Assembly: GCA_050012755.1 (NCBI GenBank)
Contig: JBEKGO010000002.1
Coordinates: 64,001-128,000 of the forward strand
Direction of reading: 5' to 3'
DNA: 64,000 bases
Source: Candidatus Bathyarchaeia archaeon
Lineage (GTDB): Archaea; Thermoproteota; Bathyarchaeia; Bathyarchaeales; Bathycorpusculaceae
How positions within the stretch are numbered: the stretch's first letter is position 1; each line of letters starts with the position of its first letter. Of the stretch, positions 37,548-47,186 are shown piece after piece. Position numbers and translations under genes: made by a program. Under the pieces are notes generated by a model. The model searched no databases, was not told the DNA's origin, and saw nothing but the letters and a program-made list of their open reading frames with translations.

Positions 37548-38903
37548 CTATTTGCCTCCGACAGTTCCCAGCTGCAACACTACGAGTCGATTGCTTCCTG
37601 CAGCCGTATAGAGAGAGCTATATTTAGTCGGTTGATAATCACACAGAATGCCTAGAGCAGCTAGTCTAATGTCTGAGATTCTGGTCATTCCGAGCGCAAA
37701 AAATCCACCCTGATAGTTTGTCCCATTCACGTTTGTAGTCCAATGTCTGTAGACCGCACCTGGATTGTACAGGCTCCCGTCAAAAGTTGTGTTAAACAAA
37801 TAGGTTGTGACCATCAAATTGTACTGCGCTGTTATTGAAGTGGGTAAGGCGCGAGTAGAGGTCTGATAAGCAGAGGGGTAAAGCCCGTAATAATTGCACA
37901 AACTTTGGACCTGGCTGGACAAATATACGACACCTGGCGGCGCGCCCGTTATCCACGTGGTATTGTATACGTACGGTTGGTTAGCTAATCCTTCAAGAAA
38001 AGCGTTGAGCCCTTGTGAGCTAACAGCATCCATCCCATATATTCCCCAGCTGTTTTGAGAATTACTCAGGGAGCCAGTATTGGTAACGTAGTAGAAGGGA
38101 TACCCCACTATACTGACCCAAGTCCAATTATACAACTGGGTAATTTTGCCCAAAGTGTAATCATACTGGGCGTAAGAATTATCGCCAGAATCATAACCTT
38201 GCGTATAATTAAGCCCAGAACTACTGCTAAAACTTGATGGTATTGGTACGGCTTCACCGCAGGTATTGATAATAACTGAATTATCGACAGCTTCTCCTTG
38301 AAGCGACTGACCACTTAGTAACTGATTTAGCTGATTTGTGTTTTGAACCATTACAGTATTTTTAAAGTAGGGAGACAGAAGGCTGTACGTTGTTTGAGCA
38401 AGACTGGAAGGAGTGTAGCCGGTAATCCACCAACCATTAGTATCGCTGCAGTTTAAGATGTACAGAGTTATGGGGACCCCATTTGTGGAAATTTGCTGCG
38501 GTGTAGAGATATAAGTCACATTGGATGAGGCCTCTAAGTATGAAGAAGCATCTGAACTTTCTATGCTCGGCGTATTAGAAAGAGAAAATACACTTGAGTA
38601 GAGAGGTGCTCCATTTGAGGCAGTATTTATGTCGTAGACTGTGAGGTTATAGTCCATGTTTGGGGGCAATGATGCTGAAAGTGCAATCTGAAGGTTACCC
38701 CATGCTGCGACGTTATTCGTTTGGAATGCTGCTGAGCTCAAATCGTAATGCGAATCAAGTTCTTGGAGAGTAGTGTAGGCAAGTCTGCTCATATCTAAAG
38801 GAGATACTTGATTCGGGGATGGAAGTGCAATGTAGCTCGAAGTTGCCACATACGCTGCGCCCAAAAGTATGACGACTAACAGAACTTCAACTGTTCGCAT
38901 CAT
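37548..38903 (-). CDS. Pilin-like protein
   Basis: MMRTVEVLLVVILL N-terminal hydrophobic helix with an acidic residue; lies in the pilus operon. Confidence 0.65.
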   Translation of the reverse strand: MMRTVEVLLVVILLGAAYVATSSYIALPSPNQVSPLDMSRLAYTTLQELDSHYDLSSAAFQTNNVAAWGNLQIALSASLPPNMDYNLTVYDINTASNGAPLYSSVFSLSNTPSIESSDASSYLEASSNVTYISTPQQISTNGVPITLYILNCSDTNGWWITGYTPSSLAQTTYSLLSPYFKNTVMVQNTNQLNQLLSGQSLQGEAVDNSVIINTCGEAVPIPSSFSSSSGLNYTQGYDSGDNSYAQYDYTLGKITQLYNWTWVSIVGYPFYYVTNTGSLSNSQNSWGIYGMDAVSSQGLNAFLEGLANQPYVYNTTWITGAPPGVVYLSSQVQSLCNYYGLYPSAYQTSTRALPTSITAQYNLMVTTYLFNTTFDGSLYNPGAVYRHWTTNVNGTNYQGGFFALGMTRISDIRLAALGILCDYQPTKYSSLYTAAGSNRLVVLQLGTVGGK

Positions 38904-38904
38904 G

Positions 38905-40116
38905 TTAGCTCGCCTCCTGATGGCCTTGTACGCTCCAAAGAGAGAGCTTTGCCTGATAAGAAACTCCGTTGATTTGCACTTGACGTAAATCTGTTGCTAC
39001 CCAGCCATGGTTAACTGGAATTCCTCCGAATGTCATGGAAAAACCCAAGGAGCTAAGTCCCCACGGCATCATAACCACGCCATTGTTGCCAATGTTACTG
39101 TAAGCTATTACAAGAATACCTGGAGTGAAAGAGCCCATGCAAATTGATACGGGCGAATTTCCTGCGCCCGAATTAACTTGACCATATGAATTTGAACTCC
39201 CGAGAGAGGTTTCTTGAATAGCATAATTTTGACTTTCTAAAATGAAAGTCGAATTATAATACAAAGTATTATTCTGAGGGGCATTGTTGGGAACATCGTC
39301 GCTATGTGCCAAGGTTACACTTTGAGTAGAAAGTGGACCAAGAAATGGCACAATACTCTGATTTCCTACAGGGGAATGCTCATAGTAACCTACACCGGTT
39401 ATACCATCAAGATAGGCATAGGCTACAAAAACGTACGTCACGTTTGGGTTAAGAGAGAAATTCGAGAATGTTAAGGAAGCTAAGCCAACACTATTCGTTT
39501 TCACGTTGCCTGCCTGATTAGCGGAAGTTTCAAAATCTGGATAGCCCATATTGAGAAACACTGGAATTAAGAGGTAGTTTACGTTAGCATTTGCAAGAGG
39601 ATAGCTAGTTCCAGTGACATCCAGCGTCAAGCTTAGTGGGTTAGTTGAAATTTCGGCTATAGATATGTTCACCGTCGGGGTTAACGACAGTTGAAATCCG
39701 TAAGTATTGTTTATTCCCAGTAATGACAGCGCGGTTGAATAATTAATCATGTCAGTATATGGGTAAAGCAAGTAATTGTTGGGGCTAGTTTTTATTGTAC
39801 TATAGGTCAGGGCTGTTTTTTGGTAGCTTACTGGAACTTCTGATAACGAGTTTAGACGCATCAATGAAAAAGGACTAAGCTGGAATTGAGTCGATGATGG
39901 ATCTTGCAAGCCAAAAGCTACTGGAGTTCCATTTGTTGGGATTCCAGGAGTCGAAAGCATGGCATCCAAAAGATCACTGCACACTTTTGCGGTTGAACTA
40001 TTGCTCTGATAATTTACTGCAACCGAAAACGTTTGGTTGAATAGACCCATAAAGAGTAGAACTGCTGCCAATAGCACAATAATTGAAACAAGATGATCGA
40101 TAGACACACCTGACAC
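38905..40116 (-). CDS. Pilin-like protein
   Basis: MSG|VSIDHLVSIIVLL. Confidence 0.65.
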   Translation of the reverse strand: MSGVSIDHLVSIIVLLAAVLLFMGLFNQTFSVAVNYQSNSSTAKVCSDLLDAMLSTPGIPTNGTPVAFGLQDPSSTQFQLSPFSLMRLNSLSEVPVSYQKTALTYSTIKTSPNNYLLYPYTDMINYSTALSLLGINNTYGFQLSLTPTVNISIAEISTNPLSLTLDVTGTSYPLANANVNYLLIPVFLNMGYPDFETSANQAGNVKTNSVGLASLTFSNFSLNPNVTYVFVAYAYLDGITGVGYYEHSPVGNQSIVPFLGPLSTQSVTLAHSDDVPNNAPQNNTLYYNSTFILESQNYAIQETSLGSSNSYGQVNSGAGNSPVSICMGSFTPGILVIAYSNIGNNGVVMMPWGLSSLGFSMTFGGIPVNHGWVATDLRQVQINGVSYQAKLSLWSVQGHQEAS

Positions 40117-40127
40117 TTTTTTTCCTC

Positions 40128-40604
40128 CTATGTGCTAAAAGATAGCCAAATTGTGTTGTTGCTATCTTTATAAGCGGTAATGCAGGCGCTAGTTGAGTTA
40201 CTCATGAAAGTGGAGTTCACCCAATGAGCATTTTGTCCCAAGGTAACTGGTGCAGTAGTCGAAATCCGAGCCCCAACCAACGAGAGAGTTAATTCCAAGA
40301 CTTCCCCAGAACCAGAACCAGAAACGGAGACCAAAGTAGCATTCCCAATGTAAGGATAGTTTCCTATGTATGGAGAAATTCCCAGTACATCCGTTACTGT
40401 TCCAGATGATACTGACGGATTGTTTAGAAAGAAATAGAGTTGCTCTATTGAACTGCCTAGATGAATTCGGGCGTCATTTAAGGCAATAGTATCAGTGGAC
40501 GTTGTCCAGTAGCTCATTACAATTCCGGCAGCGTAAGGCAGCAGAAATATCTGTAAAATCAAAACGGGAATAAGAATCATGTATTCGATGGTTATATGTG
40601 CCAT
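40128..40604 (-). CDS. Pilin-like protein
   Basis: MAHITIEYMILIPVLIL. Confidence 0.65.
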   Translation of the reverse strand: MAHITIEYMILIPVLILQIFLLPYAAGIVMSYWTTSTDTIALNDARIHLGSSIEQLYFFLNNPSVSSGTVTDVLGISPYIGNYPYIGNATLVSVSGSGSGEVLELTLSLVGARISTTAPVTLGQNAHWVNSTFMSNSTSACITAYKDSNNTIWLSFST

Positions 40605-40623
40605 GTGTCACTCCTCGCCAGCA

Positions 40624-41457
40624 TTAAGCAACCATCCCTATTGAGACAACAATTGTGCCAACAAAAAATTCGACGAAAGAACCAGAAGGTAATGCTACCG
40701 TTTCAGAAGTGCGATCGAAATTGAAGAAAGCAGAATCGAAACCTGGAGGAGTTGATGGGACAGCTAAAGCTGTAGCATTAATGCGAACCTGAGTAACAGC
40801 TCCACTAGGCGTTAAGCCAGTCAGACTAATGCCTGTCAATGTGACAGATTGCGAAAGATATGGATTTGACCCCCCAACAAGAGACGGCAAGTAAAACTTA
40901 TAGTTGCTCACGCCTGTAATCATGGTTGAATTCAACACTCTGACTGTGGGAACTGCAACTATTCTTGAATAACTTCCATCTGCCATAGCACCCTTTTGTG
41001 TTTCAAATACCTGGCAAACCGGTGCAGAAGCGTTCCACTGCAAAAATGAACCGCTGTCGGATGGTATTACTCTACTAAAGTAATTATTGCCCAAATTGTA
41101 ATCGCTCGCGTGCATGTTGAACAGTATCATACCGGTTGTAAAATTGTAGATAGTCTGCCATGAACTTGCATTATTGATTTCAACGGTGTAGTTAATGACG
41201 TTGGGTACGAATTTTACTTGTCCATATTTTGCTGTGTAATCAACTGTTTCTGTTCGTCCAATTGTCCATGCCACATTATCTATCTGCTGACCAGTTGATT
41301 GCATGCACTGCCTATTTGCGTTAAACTCGTCCGCAGCCAACTGACTTGTTAGGCTACTGTTTGCAACGTTCATAGCCACAAGAACCAATACCACAAGCGC
41401 CGCTGTCATAATCACGGTGGAAATTGCCGTGCTTATTGCACAGTTATCTTTTCGCAA
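40624..41457 (-). CDS. Pilin-like protein with a class III-type signal
   Basis: RKDNCA|ISTAISTVIM; the frame is open upstream to an SD-positioned ACG at 41484. Confidence 0.7.
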   Translation of the reverse strand: MRKDNCAISTAISTVIMTAALVVLVLVAMNVANSSLTSQLAADEFNANRQCMQSTGQQIDNVAWTIGRTETVDYTAKYGQVKFVPNVINYTVEINNASSWQTIYNFTTGMILFNMHASDYNLGNNYFSRVIPSDSGSFLQWNASAPVCQVFETQKGAMADGSYSRIVAVPTVRVLNSTMITGVSNYKFYLPSLVGGSNPYLSQSVTLTGISLTGLTPSGAVTQVRINATALAVPSTPPGFDSAFFNFDRTSETVALPSGSFVEFFVGTIVVSIGMVA

Positions 41458-41499
41458 GTTTTTTCGGACTTGAATAGATACCGTGTTTTTTCCCTCCGA

Positions 41500-43227
41500 C
41501 TAAATTTTTACGAACAACGGTATTATTTTCGCAGCTAATACAGCAATTATTACCAAGATGGCTGCATGTTTGAATCCTGCAGAGATTGACTCTTCGCTTA
41601 TTTTTCCTCCGACAATTCCAATAAGATAACTGTTGAAGATGACTGCTGTCATGAATATTGTTTGCATCAAGCCCTTGCCTTGTGCAGCCGTTGACGATAC
41701 TCCTGTCGTTGTTGCACCAAATCCAGTGGTGAAACTCATCATCATAACGGTTGTTGCTACTAGAAGAATCGACGCCAGATAGGGCATCATCACGTACGGA
41801 CGAACAGACATTTTCTTCTCTTTTTCAACTTCCTGAGTCAAATTGTTAAAACGAGCCAAAGATTCAATCATGCCAATTGTGCCACCGCCCACATCTATAG
41901 TTTCGACCAAGAGAAACATGACTATTTGTACCATCCAACTGCGCGTGCGACTAAGAAAATCCATCATCACTTTTTTAATAGGTAAACCCCACGAAATCTC
42001 AGAGCTAATTTTTCGAAGTTCTTTGGTGAAAGAACCGTAATCGCGGGTTGATAGATTTTCAATACATTTCTCTGGAGATAACCCTGTTTTTCGAACTTCG
42101 GTGAGGTCTCTTAGAAAACTTGTGACTCCTGCATCCATGCTGTTCTTGATTTTTGCTAACCGCATATGAACGATGGCGGCTGGTGCCGTAGAAATAAACA
42201 AAGCTACTGCGATAGCCACAGGCAAATCAACCCCCAAGCCTTGCAAGGCGCTGAACAAGGAAATATGAGTCGCTCCCATGAAGTTTGTTAGCAGCAAGAA
42301 TACAACTACGCCAACAACGCTGCATAGGCCGAAGACCTTGTAGGGGCGCATTTCCACCATCGGCGTTTTCGGTTGCATACTGTGGGCAAGATAAATGAAC
42401 AATCCTGAGAGCAATGGTGTAAAGAGATAAGTGTACATGAGTATGCCTGAAAATGATGATAGACTAGAGTTTGCAGTAGTCCCAGTCTGGATTTGCTGAA
42501 CAGCGAAAAGTATGTAAAAACAAAGCGACATCATAACCATGACAATAATGAAGGTTTCAAGTAACATTCCTAAGCGTTCTGCAGCAGCTTTAACGCGAAG
42601 CGCACGAATCTTGAAAATATCTTCAGCTTTGCGCTCAAGGAAGTGCCCTATATCGCCGCCGATTATAACAGTTGAAGCGTAACCGCCTAAGAAGTCCTTG
42701 AATGTATCAAGCGGCGTCTTCTTTGCAGCTCCTTCAAGGGCTGATAATGGATCAACACCGAAAACTTCTACGTCTTTCATTATGTCTCTTGCTTCTTTAG
42801 CCATTGTGGGCATGAGATCTACTACCGACAAGCGCTTGAAGCTAGTGTATGGAGCTATGCCTCCCGATGCCATGACGCTGATGTATGCCGCCGCAAAAGG
42901 CATTTCACGCTCCAGGTTTGATGATCTATCGCTTGCTTTGGACTTCGGTGCAACCATGAAGCCAACAATTACAAAGAGAGGGATGGGGATCAAAATTAGC
43001 AACGGTAAAAATCCCGTGTACAAAGCCATCACTGCGCCAAGAACTGATATAGGGAGGGTTAACAAGGCAGTGAAAAACATCAAAGACACGTAAGCTTCAG
43101 GGTAAATTCTTACCCGTCCCATGTCTAAAGAACTCTTCAGTGTTTGAAATGGATTTTTCAGAAGTTTTTGTGCCACTCGCCCAAAAAAGCGATAAGACAC
43201 AGCTTCAAGCTTCTCTAACAACGGCAA
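41500..43227 (-). CDS. Type IV pilus/T2SS platform membrane protein (two GspF/TadC domains)
   Basis: EMPFAAAYISVMASGG and FLRDLTEVRKTG; multiple TMs. Confidence 0.88.
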   Translation of the reverse strand: MPLLEKLEAVSYRFFGRVAQKLLKNPFQTLKSSLDMGRVRIYPEAYVSLMFFTALLTLPISVLGAVMALYTGFLPLLILIPIPLFVIVGFMVAPKSKASDRSSNLEREMPFAAAYISVMASGGIAPYTSFKRLSVVDLMPTMAKEARDIMKDVEVFGVDPLSALEGAAKKTPLDTFKDFLGGYASTVIIGGDIGHFLERKAEDIFKIRALRVKAAAERLGMLLETFIIVMVMMSLCFYILFAVQQIQTGTTANSSLSSFSGILMYTYLFTPLLSGLFIYLAHSMQPKTPMVEMRPYKVFGLCSVVGVVVFLLLTNFMGATHISLFSALQGLGVDLPVAIAVALFISTAPAAIVHMRLAKIKNSMDAGVTSFLRDLTEVRKTGLSPEKCIENLSTRDYGSFTKELRKISSEISWGLPIKKVMMDFLSRTRSWMVQIVMFLLVETIDVGGGTIGMIESLARFNNLTQEVEKEKKMSVRPYVMMPYLASILLVATTVMMMSFTTGFGATTTGVSSTAAQGKGLMQTIFMTAVIFNSYLIGIVGGKISEESISAGFKHAAILVIIAVLAAKIIPLFVKI

Positions 43228-44899
43228 CTTGTTCTACCTCCTTTTCCCGGAAGATTTTCTGATAGAATTCCTTTGGTCTTGCGTAGTATTCAGAAATTAT
43301 TGCGGCCACTTCTTTGTAACTTCGGATTTTTTGTTGCCCCATCCAGCGTAAAACGTTGCTGCGTTGCTTCATTTCTTCTATTAGCTGCTCACGTGTTATT
43401 CCAAGTCGCTCAGAAATGTTAGTAAGTAGAAAGCTAGAATTCAGATCTATGATTTGTTGGTCTTTTATGGGATCCCATTTGAAGGGATTCACGTATTTTT
43501 CAGCGTCGATAATTTCGTTAACCGAAAGGACACGGCGGAAAGCTTTCTTTACTCCTTTTTTAACTAATTGAACTCGTTGAACAGACATCACTATGTTCAT
43601 TAATGGTATGTAAGCTGGTGAAATATCCATAGGCTTTTGGGTGAGACGTCTGATGGCTGATTGCACGTTTTCTGCGTGCATAGTACACATACCTCCGTGA
43701 CCTGTTGCGAGAGCCTGAAACAGAACGTACGCTTCTTGGCCTCTAACCTCACCCACAATCATAAGGTCGGGGCGGTGTCTCATGCAAGTCTTCACTAAGT
43801 CGAAGAGCGCGACTTCGCCAACGCTGCTACCGCCTAAACCGTAACTTTGCCTTGCAATAAGCGAGACCCAGTTTTCACTTGAGAGATTTAGTTCGGCGGT
43901 TTCTTCAATTGTCATAATTTTGCTGCCGGGTTTAATCAAACAGCCCAAAGCATTTAGAGCAGTGGTTTTGCCTGCCGCTGTGCCACCGAGAACCATAACG
44001 GAAGCCCGATTTTCAAGGCAAATCCAAAGGTAGGCAGCCATTTCCTCTGTGAAAGTACCGATGTTGATAAGATCGATGATTGAATAAGGATCGTCTCGGA
44101 ACTTTCGGATGGTGAAGGCTGTACCAAATGGAGTAATTTCTCGCCGATAAGCTACTGCCAGTCGGTGTTTTCCTGGAAGTGAGGCGTCTACGATGGGGAA
44201 AGCAGAACTAACGTGCTTTCCCGCCATGTGAACTAGTTTACCGACCAAGTTGTCAAGATCTTCATCACTTTCAAATCTGACGTTTGTTTCGATGCTTTCA
44301 AAGTTGCGATGCCAAATGTAGAGTGACTTCTCTACTCCGTCGCAAGAAATGTCTTCAATGTTTGGGTCGCGCATTAATGGGTCGATTTTGCCAAAGCCGA
44401 CAAGATCTCGTTCTGCATAATAGAGAATTTTGTACCATGAGACATCAGGCAACCAGCCTAAACTAATTCTGTATTTGTCAACTATTTTTTTTGCCGCTTC
44501 AGCGAAGAATTTCCTGGGATCTTTGATTTCTTCTTTTGGTGATTCAATTTCGGCAAGTAACATATCTATTATGCGGTTGTATATTCCTCGTTCCATTAGA
44601 TCAAGTTGAAGCTCATCCAGAATGTATTTGTGCTCACCTGTTTTGGGGTCTTGAACTATTATTACTTGGGCAAAAGGCTCGTATAATGGGTATTTGTCTA
44701 TTATTTTGATTCCTTTGGGTAAAGTTGGTGTGGACGAGGCTATTGTTTCTATTTCAGGTTTTTTCTTCTTGAAAGTTATGTTAATTTTTGGTAGTTGGAA
44801 TTTCGATTTCTTTGTTTTGATGTTTGTTTTATTTTCTGTTAGTTTTTTTGGTTTATCGATGGATTTGTGGAATCTTTCTTTGAGGCTTTGTTTTGGCAT
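43205..44899 (-). CDS. Type II/IV secretion-family (VirB11/TadA/ArlI-like) assembly ATPase
   Basis: IEDISCDG, TIRKF, GGTAAGKTT, RHRPD.MIVGEVRG and TGHGG. Confidence 0.93.
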   Translation of the reverse strand: MPKQSLKERFHKSIDKPKKLTENKTNIKTKKSKFQLPKINITFKKKKPEIETIASSTPTLPKGIKIIDKYPLYEPFAQVIIVQDPKTGEHKYILDELQLDLMERGIYNRIIDMLLAEIESPKEEIKDPRKFFAEAAKKIVDKYRISLGWLPDVSWYKILYYAERDLVGFGKIDPLMRDPNIEDISCDGVEKSLYIWHRNFESIETNVRFESDEDLDNLVGKLVHMAGKHVSSAFPIVDASLPGKHRLAVAYRREITPFGTAFTIRKFRDDPYSIIDLINIGTFTEEMAAYLWICLENRASVMVLGGTAAGKTTALNALGCLIKPGSKIMTIEETAELNLSSENWVSLIARQSYGLGGSSVGEVALFDLVKTCMRHRPDLMIVGEVRGQEAYVLFQALATGHGGMCTMHAENVQSAIRRLTQKPMDISPAYIPLMNIVMSVQRVQLVKKGVKKAFRRVLSVNEIIDAEKYVNPFKWDPIKDQQIIDLNSSFLLTNISERLGITREQLIEEMKQRSNVLRWMGQQKIRSYKEVAAIISEYYARPKEFYQKIFREKEVEQVAVVREA

Positions 44900-45089
44900 T
44901 GTTGGTCAGTAATTAGGAGTACTAATTCTTAGGCTTATTAAGTATTATGTCTTCATACACGCTAATGTTGAAGCGTTGAACACCTATACAAGAACCGGCA
45001 ATAAATGTTAAACCGTATTACACCAACAAAACAATTTTAAACCAATAAAACATGACATTACACAAACACGTTAGCGGAAGAATAAAAAG

Positions 45090-45785
45090 TTGAACCAAAT
45101 AACGAAAATCATCAACCAAGCAAAAAAAGAGGGCAGAAAAGCTCTCCTCGAACCCGAAGCCAAAACAATCTGTACAGAATACGGCATCCCAGTCACCAAA
45201 TTCAAAGTCGCATCAAACCAAAAAGAAGCATCAAAATTTGCTGACGAAATCGGTTATCCAGTTGTCCTGAAAATTGTTTCCCCAGACATAATCCACAAGT
45301 CAGACGCTGGAGGAGTAATAGTTAACCTGAAAACCCCAGACGAAGTCACCTCAGGCTATAGCAAAATTTTGGAAAACGTTAAGAAATATAAAGCAGACGC
45401 GAAAATTGTGGGCGTTCTAGTGCAGGAGATGGCGCCAAATTCAACTGAGGTCATCGTTGGAGCAATCAAAGACCCGCAGTTTGGGCAGACAATAATGTTT
45501 GGTTTAGGCGGAATATTTGTTGAAGTCCTCAAAGATGTTAACTTTAGAATTGCGCCCTTAAACGATGATGACGCAAGAGAAATGATTACTGAGCTAAAGG
45601 CTTATCCGCTTTTGAAGGGTTTCCGAAACACACCTCCTGCAGACATTGAAGCGTTAGTTGGCATACTTTGCAGTACGTCACGTTTAGTCATGGATAACCC
45701 AGAAATCAAAGAGTTAGACCTCAACCCAGTTTTGGCTTATCAGAAAGGCGCAAAAACAGTTGACGCAAGAATAATTTTAGAGTAA
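45090..45785 (+). CDS. ADP-forming acetate/acyl-CoA ligase beta subunit (ATP-grasp)
   Basis: GYPVVLKIVSPDIIHKSDAGG, DPQFG, ELDLNP and VDARI. Confidence 0.9.
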   Translation: MNQITKIINQAKKEGRKALLEPEAKTICTEYGIPVTKFKVASNQKEASKFADEIGYPVVLKIVSPDIIHKSDAGGVIVNLKTPDEVTSGYSKILENVKKYKADAKIVGVLVQEMAPNSTEVIVGAIKDPQFGQTIMFGLGGIFVEVLKDVNFRIAPLNDDDAREMITELKAYPLLKGFRNTPPADIEALVGILCSTSRLVMDNPEIKELDLNPVLAYQKGAKTVDARIILE

Positions 45786-45834
45786 ATACAACCCAAATTT
45801 TATTTTCAAAATAAAAAGGAAAAACAAAAGAAAA

Positions 45835-47106
45835 CTAGGGTTTTTTGGTTAACTCTTCAAGAATTTCTTTAGCTCGGTCAACCCTTACTTTGCGTTCTTT
45901 TACCATCCGTTCCGCAACCTTGTCAACCAAGTCGTCTTTGGCTCCTGCGGTTATTGCGATGTTTCTAGCGTGCAGATTCATGTGACCACGTTGAATTCCT
46001 TCATTTGACAGCGCCCTAAGTGCGCCGAGGTTTTGGGCTAAACCGATGGCCGCTAAGACTTCTGCGAATTCGTTGGCTGATTTGACTCCGAGAATTTTCA
46101 TGGCTATTCTTGCGATTGGGTGAGTTTTTACTGCTCCGCCGATTAAGCCTACAGCCATTGGCAACTCAATTACACCTTCTAGGTCGCCGTTTTTGTTTTT
46201 TGTCCATTTAGAAATTGTTGTATAAGGTCCGTTTAACGCGGCGTAGGCGTGAGCTCCAGCCTCAATTGCGCGGTGATCATTGCCTGTGGCTAAAACAACG
46301 GCGGTTATCCCGTTCATTGCACCTTTATTGTGCGTGGCTGCTCGGTATGGGTCGGTTGCCGCAAAAGCTGAAGCATAAGCGATGCCGTCTACGACTGCTT
46401 CTCCGCCAAGGGCTTCTTTAGGTACGGTGCACCATGCTTTCGCCAGCCGTTTAGTGGCTAAGTTCGAGATTATGCGCAAGTAAACGTGTCCGCCTGTTAA
46501 CTCCTCAATCATCGGTGCTACTGCTTCTGCCATCGTGTTAACGGCGTTTGCACCCATGGCATCTCTGCAGTCAACATATAACTCTACAATGACCATTTTT
46601 CCCATGGTGGTATCGATGATTTTAGCATCCATGTCTTTGGCTCCGCCGCCGAAAGAATTCAGGACTGGATCTTGGTCGTTCGCTTTCTTAAGAATTTGAG
46701 CTTTAGCGTCCAAAACCTGTTTTTTCGCTACTTTGGCGTCTTTGATTTTGACCAATTGGATTTGCCCTATCATTACAGGGGCGGTACTGCTGGTGTGGAA
46801 GCCTCCGCCATCTCTCACCATTTTGGCGGCGTAGCTGGCTGCAGCAATCACGCTTGGCTCCTCCGTTGCCATCGGAATAATGTAGTCTATTCCGTTTATT
46901 TGGAAGTTAACGCCGACGCCTAAAGGTTCAGGGAAAACGCCGATAACGTTTTCCACCATATGGTCAACTAAATCTAAAGGTAAAGAACCTGTGTTCTCAA
47001 GTAAACGAATTTCTTCATCGGTTAAACCCGCAAAATCTTTAATGATTGCTAAACGCTCTTTGAGTGGAAGTTTATAGAAACCTGAGATTACTGATGATTT
47101 AGCCAT
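45835..47106 (-). CDS. mvaA: HMG-CoA reductase, class II (bacterial-type)
   Basis: ENVIG, ATEEPS, DAMGAN, THNKG and GIQRGHM. Confidence 0.92.
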   Translation of the reverse strand: MAKSSVISGFYKLPLKERLAIIKDFAGLTDEEIRLLENTGSLPLDLVDHMVENVIGVFPEPLGVGVNFQINGIDYIIPMATEEPSVIAAASYAAKMVRDGGGFHTSSTAPVMIGQIQLVKIKDAKVAKKQVLDAKAQILKKANDQDPVLNSFGGGAKDMDAKIIDTTMGKMVIVELYVDCRDAMGANAVNTMAEAVAPMIEELTGGHVYLRIISNLATKRLAKAWCTVPKEALGGEAVVDGIAYASAFAATDPYRAATHNKGAMNGITAVVLATGNDHRAIEAGAHAYAALNGPYTTISKWTKNKNGDLEGVIELPMAVGLIGGAVKTHPIARIAMKILGVKSANEFAEVLAAIGLAQNLGALRALSNEGIQRGHMNLHARNIAITAGAKDDLVDKVAERMVKERKVRVDRAKEILEELTKKP

Positions 47107-47186
47107 TCTTCTAATCCTCGATTGCAAGGACTTAGTCTGTTTTTTCGCTTTTAAGCTTTAAGCAACGGTTGGCGGAAAAATGGGTT

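Noticed and set aside
41500-44899. Archaellum (arlI/arlJ) operon
   Set aside because: No archaellin, ArlH, ArlF/G or chemotaxis genes; the neighbours are large pilin-like proteins.
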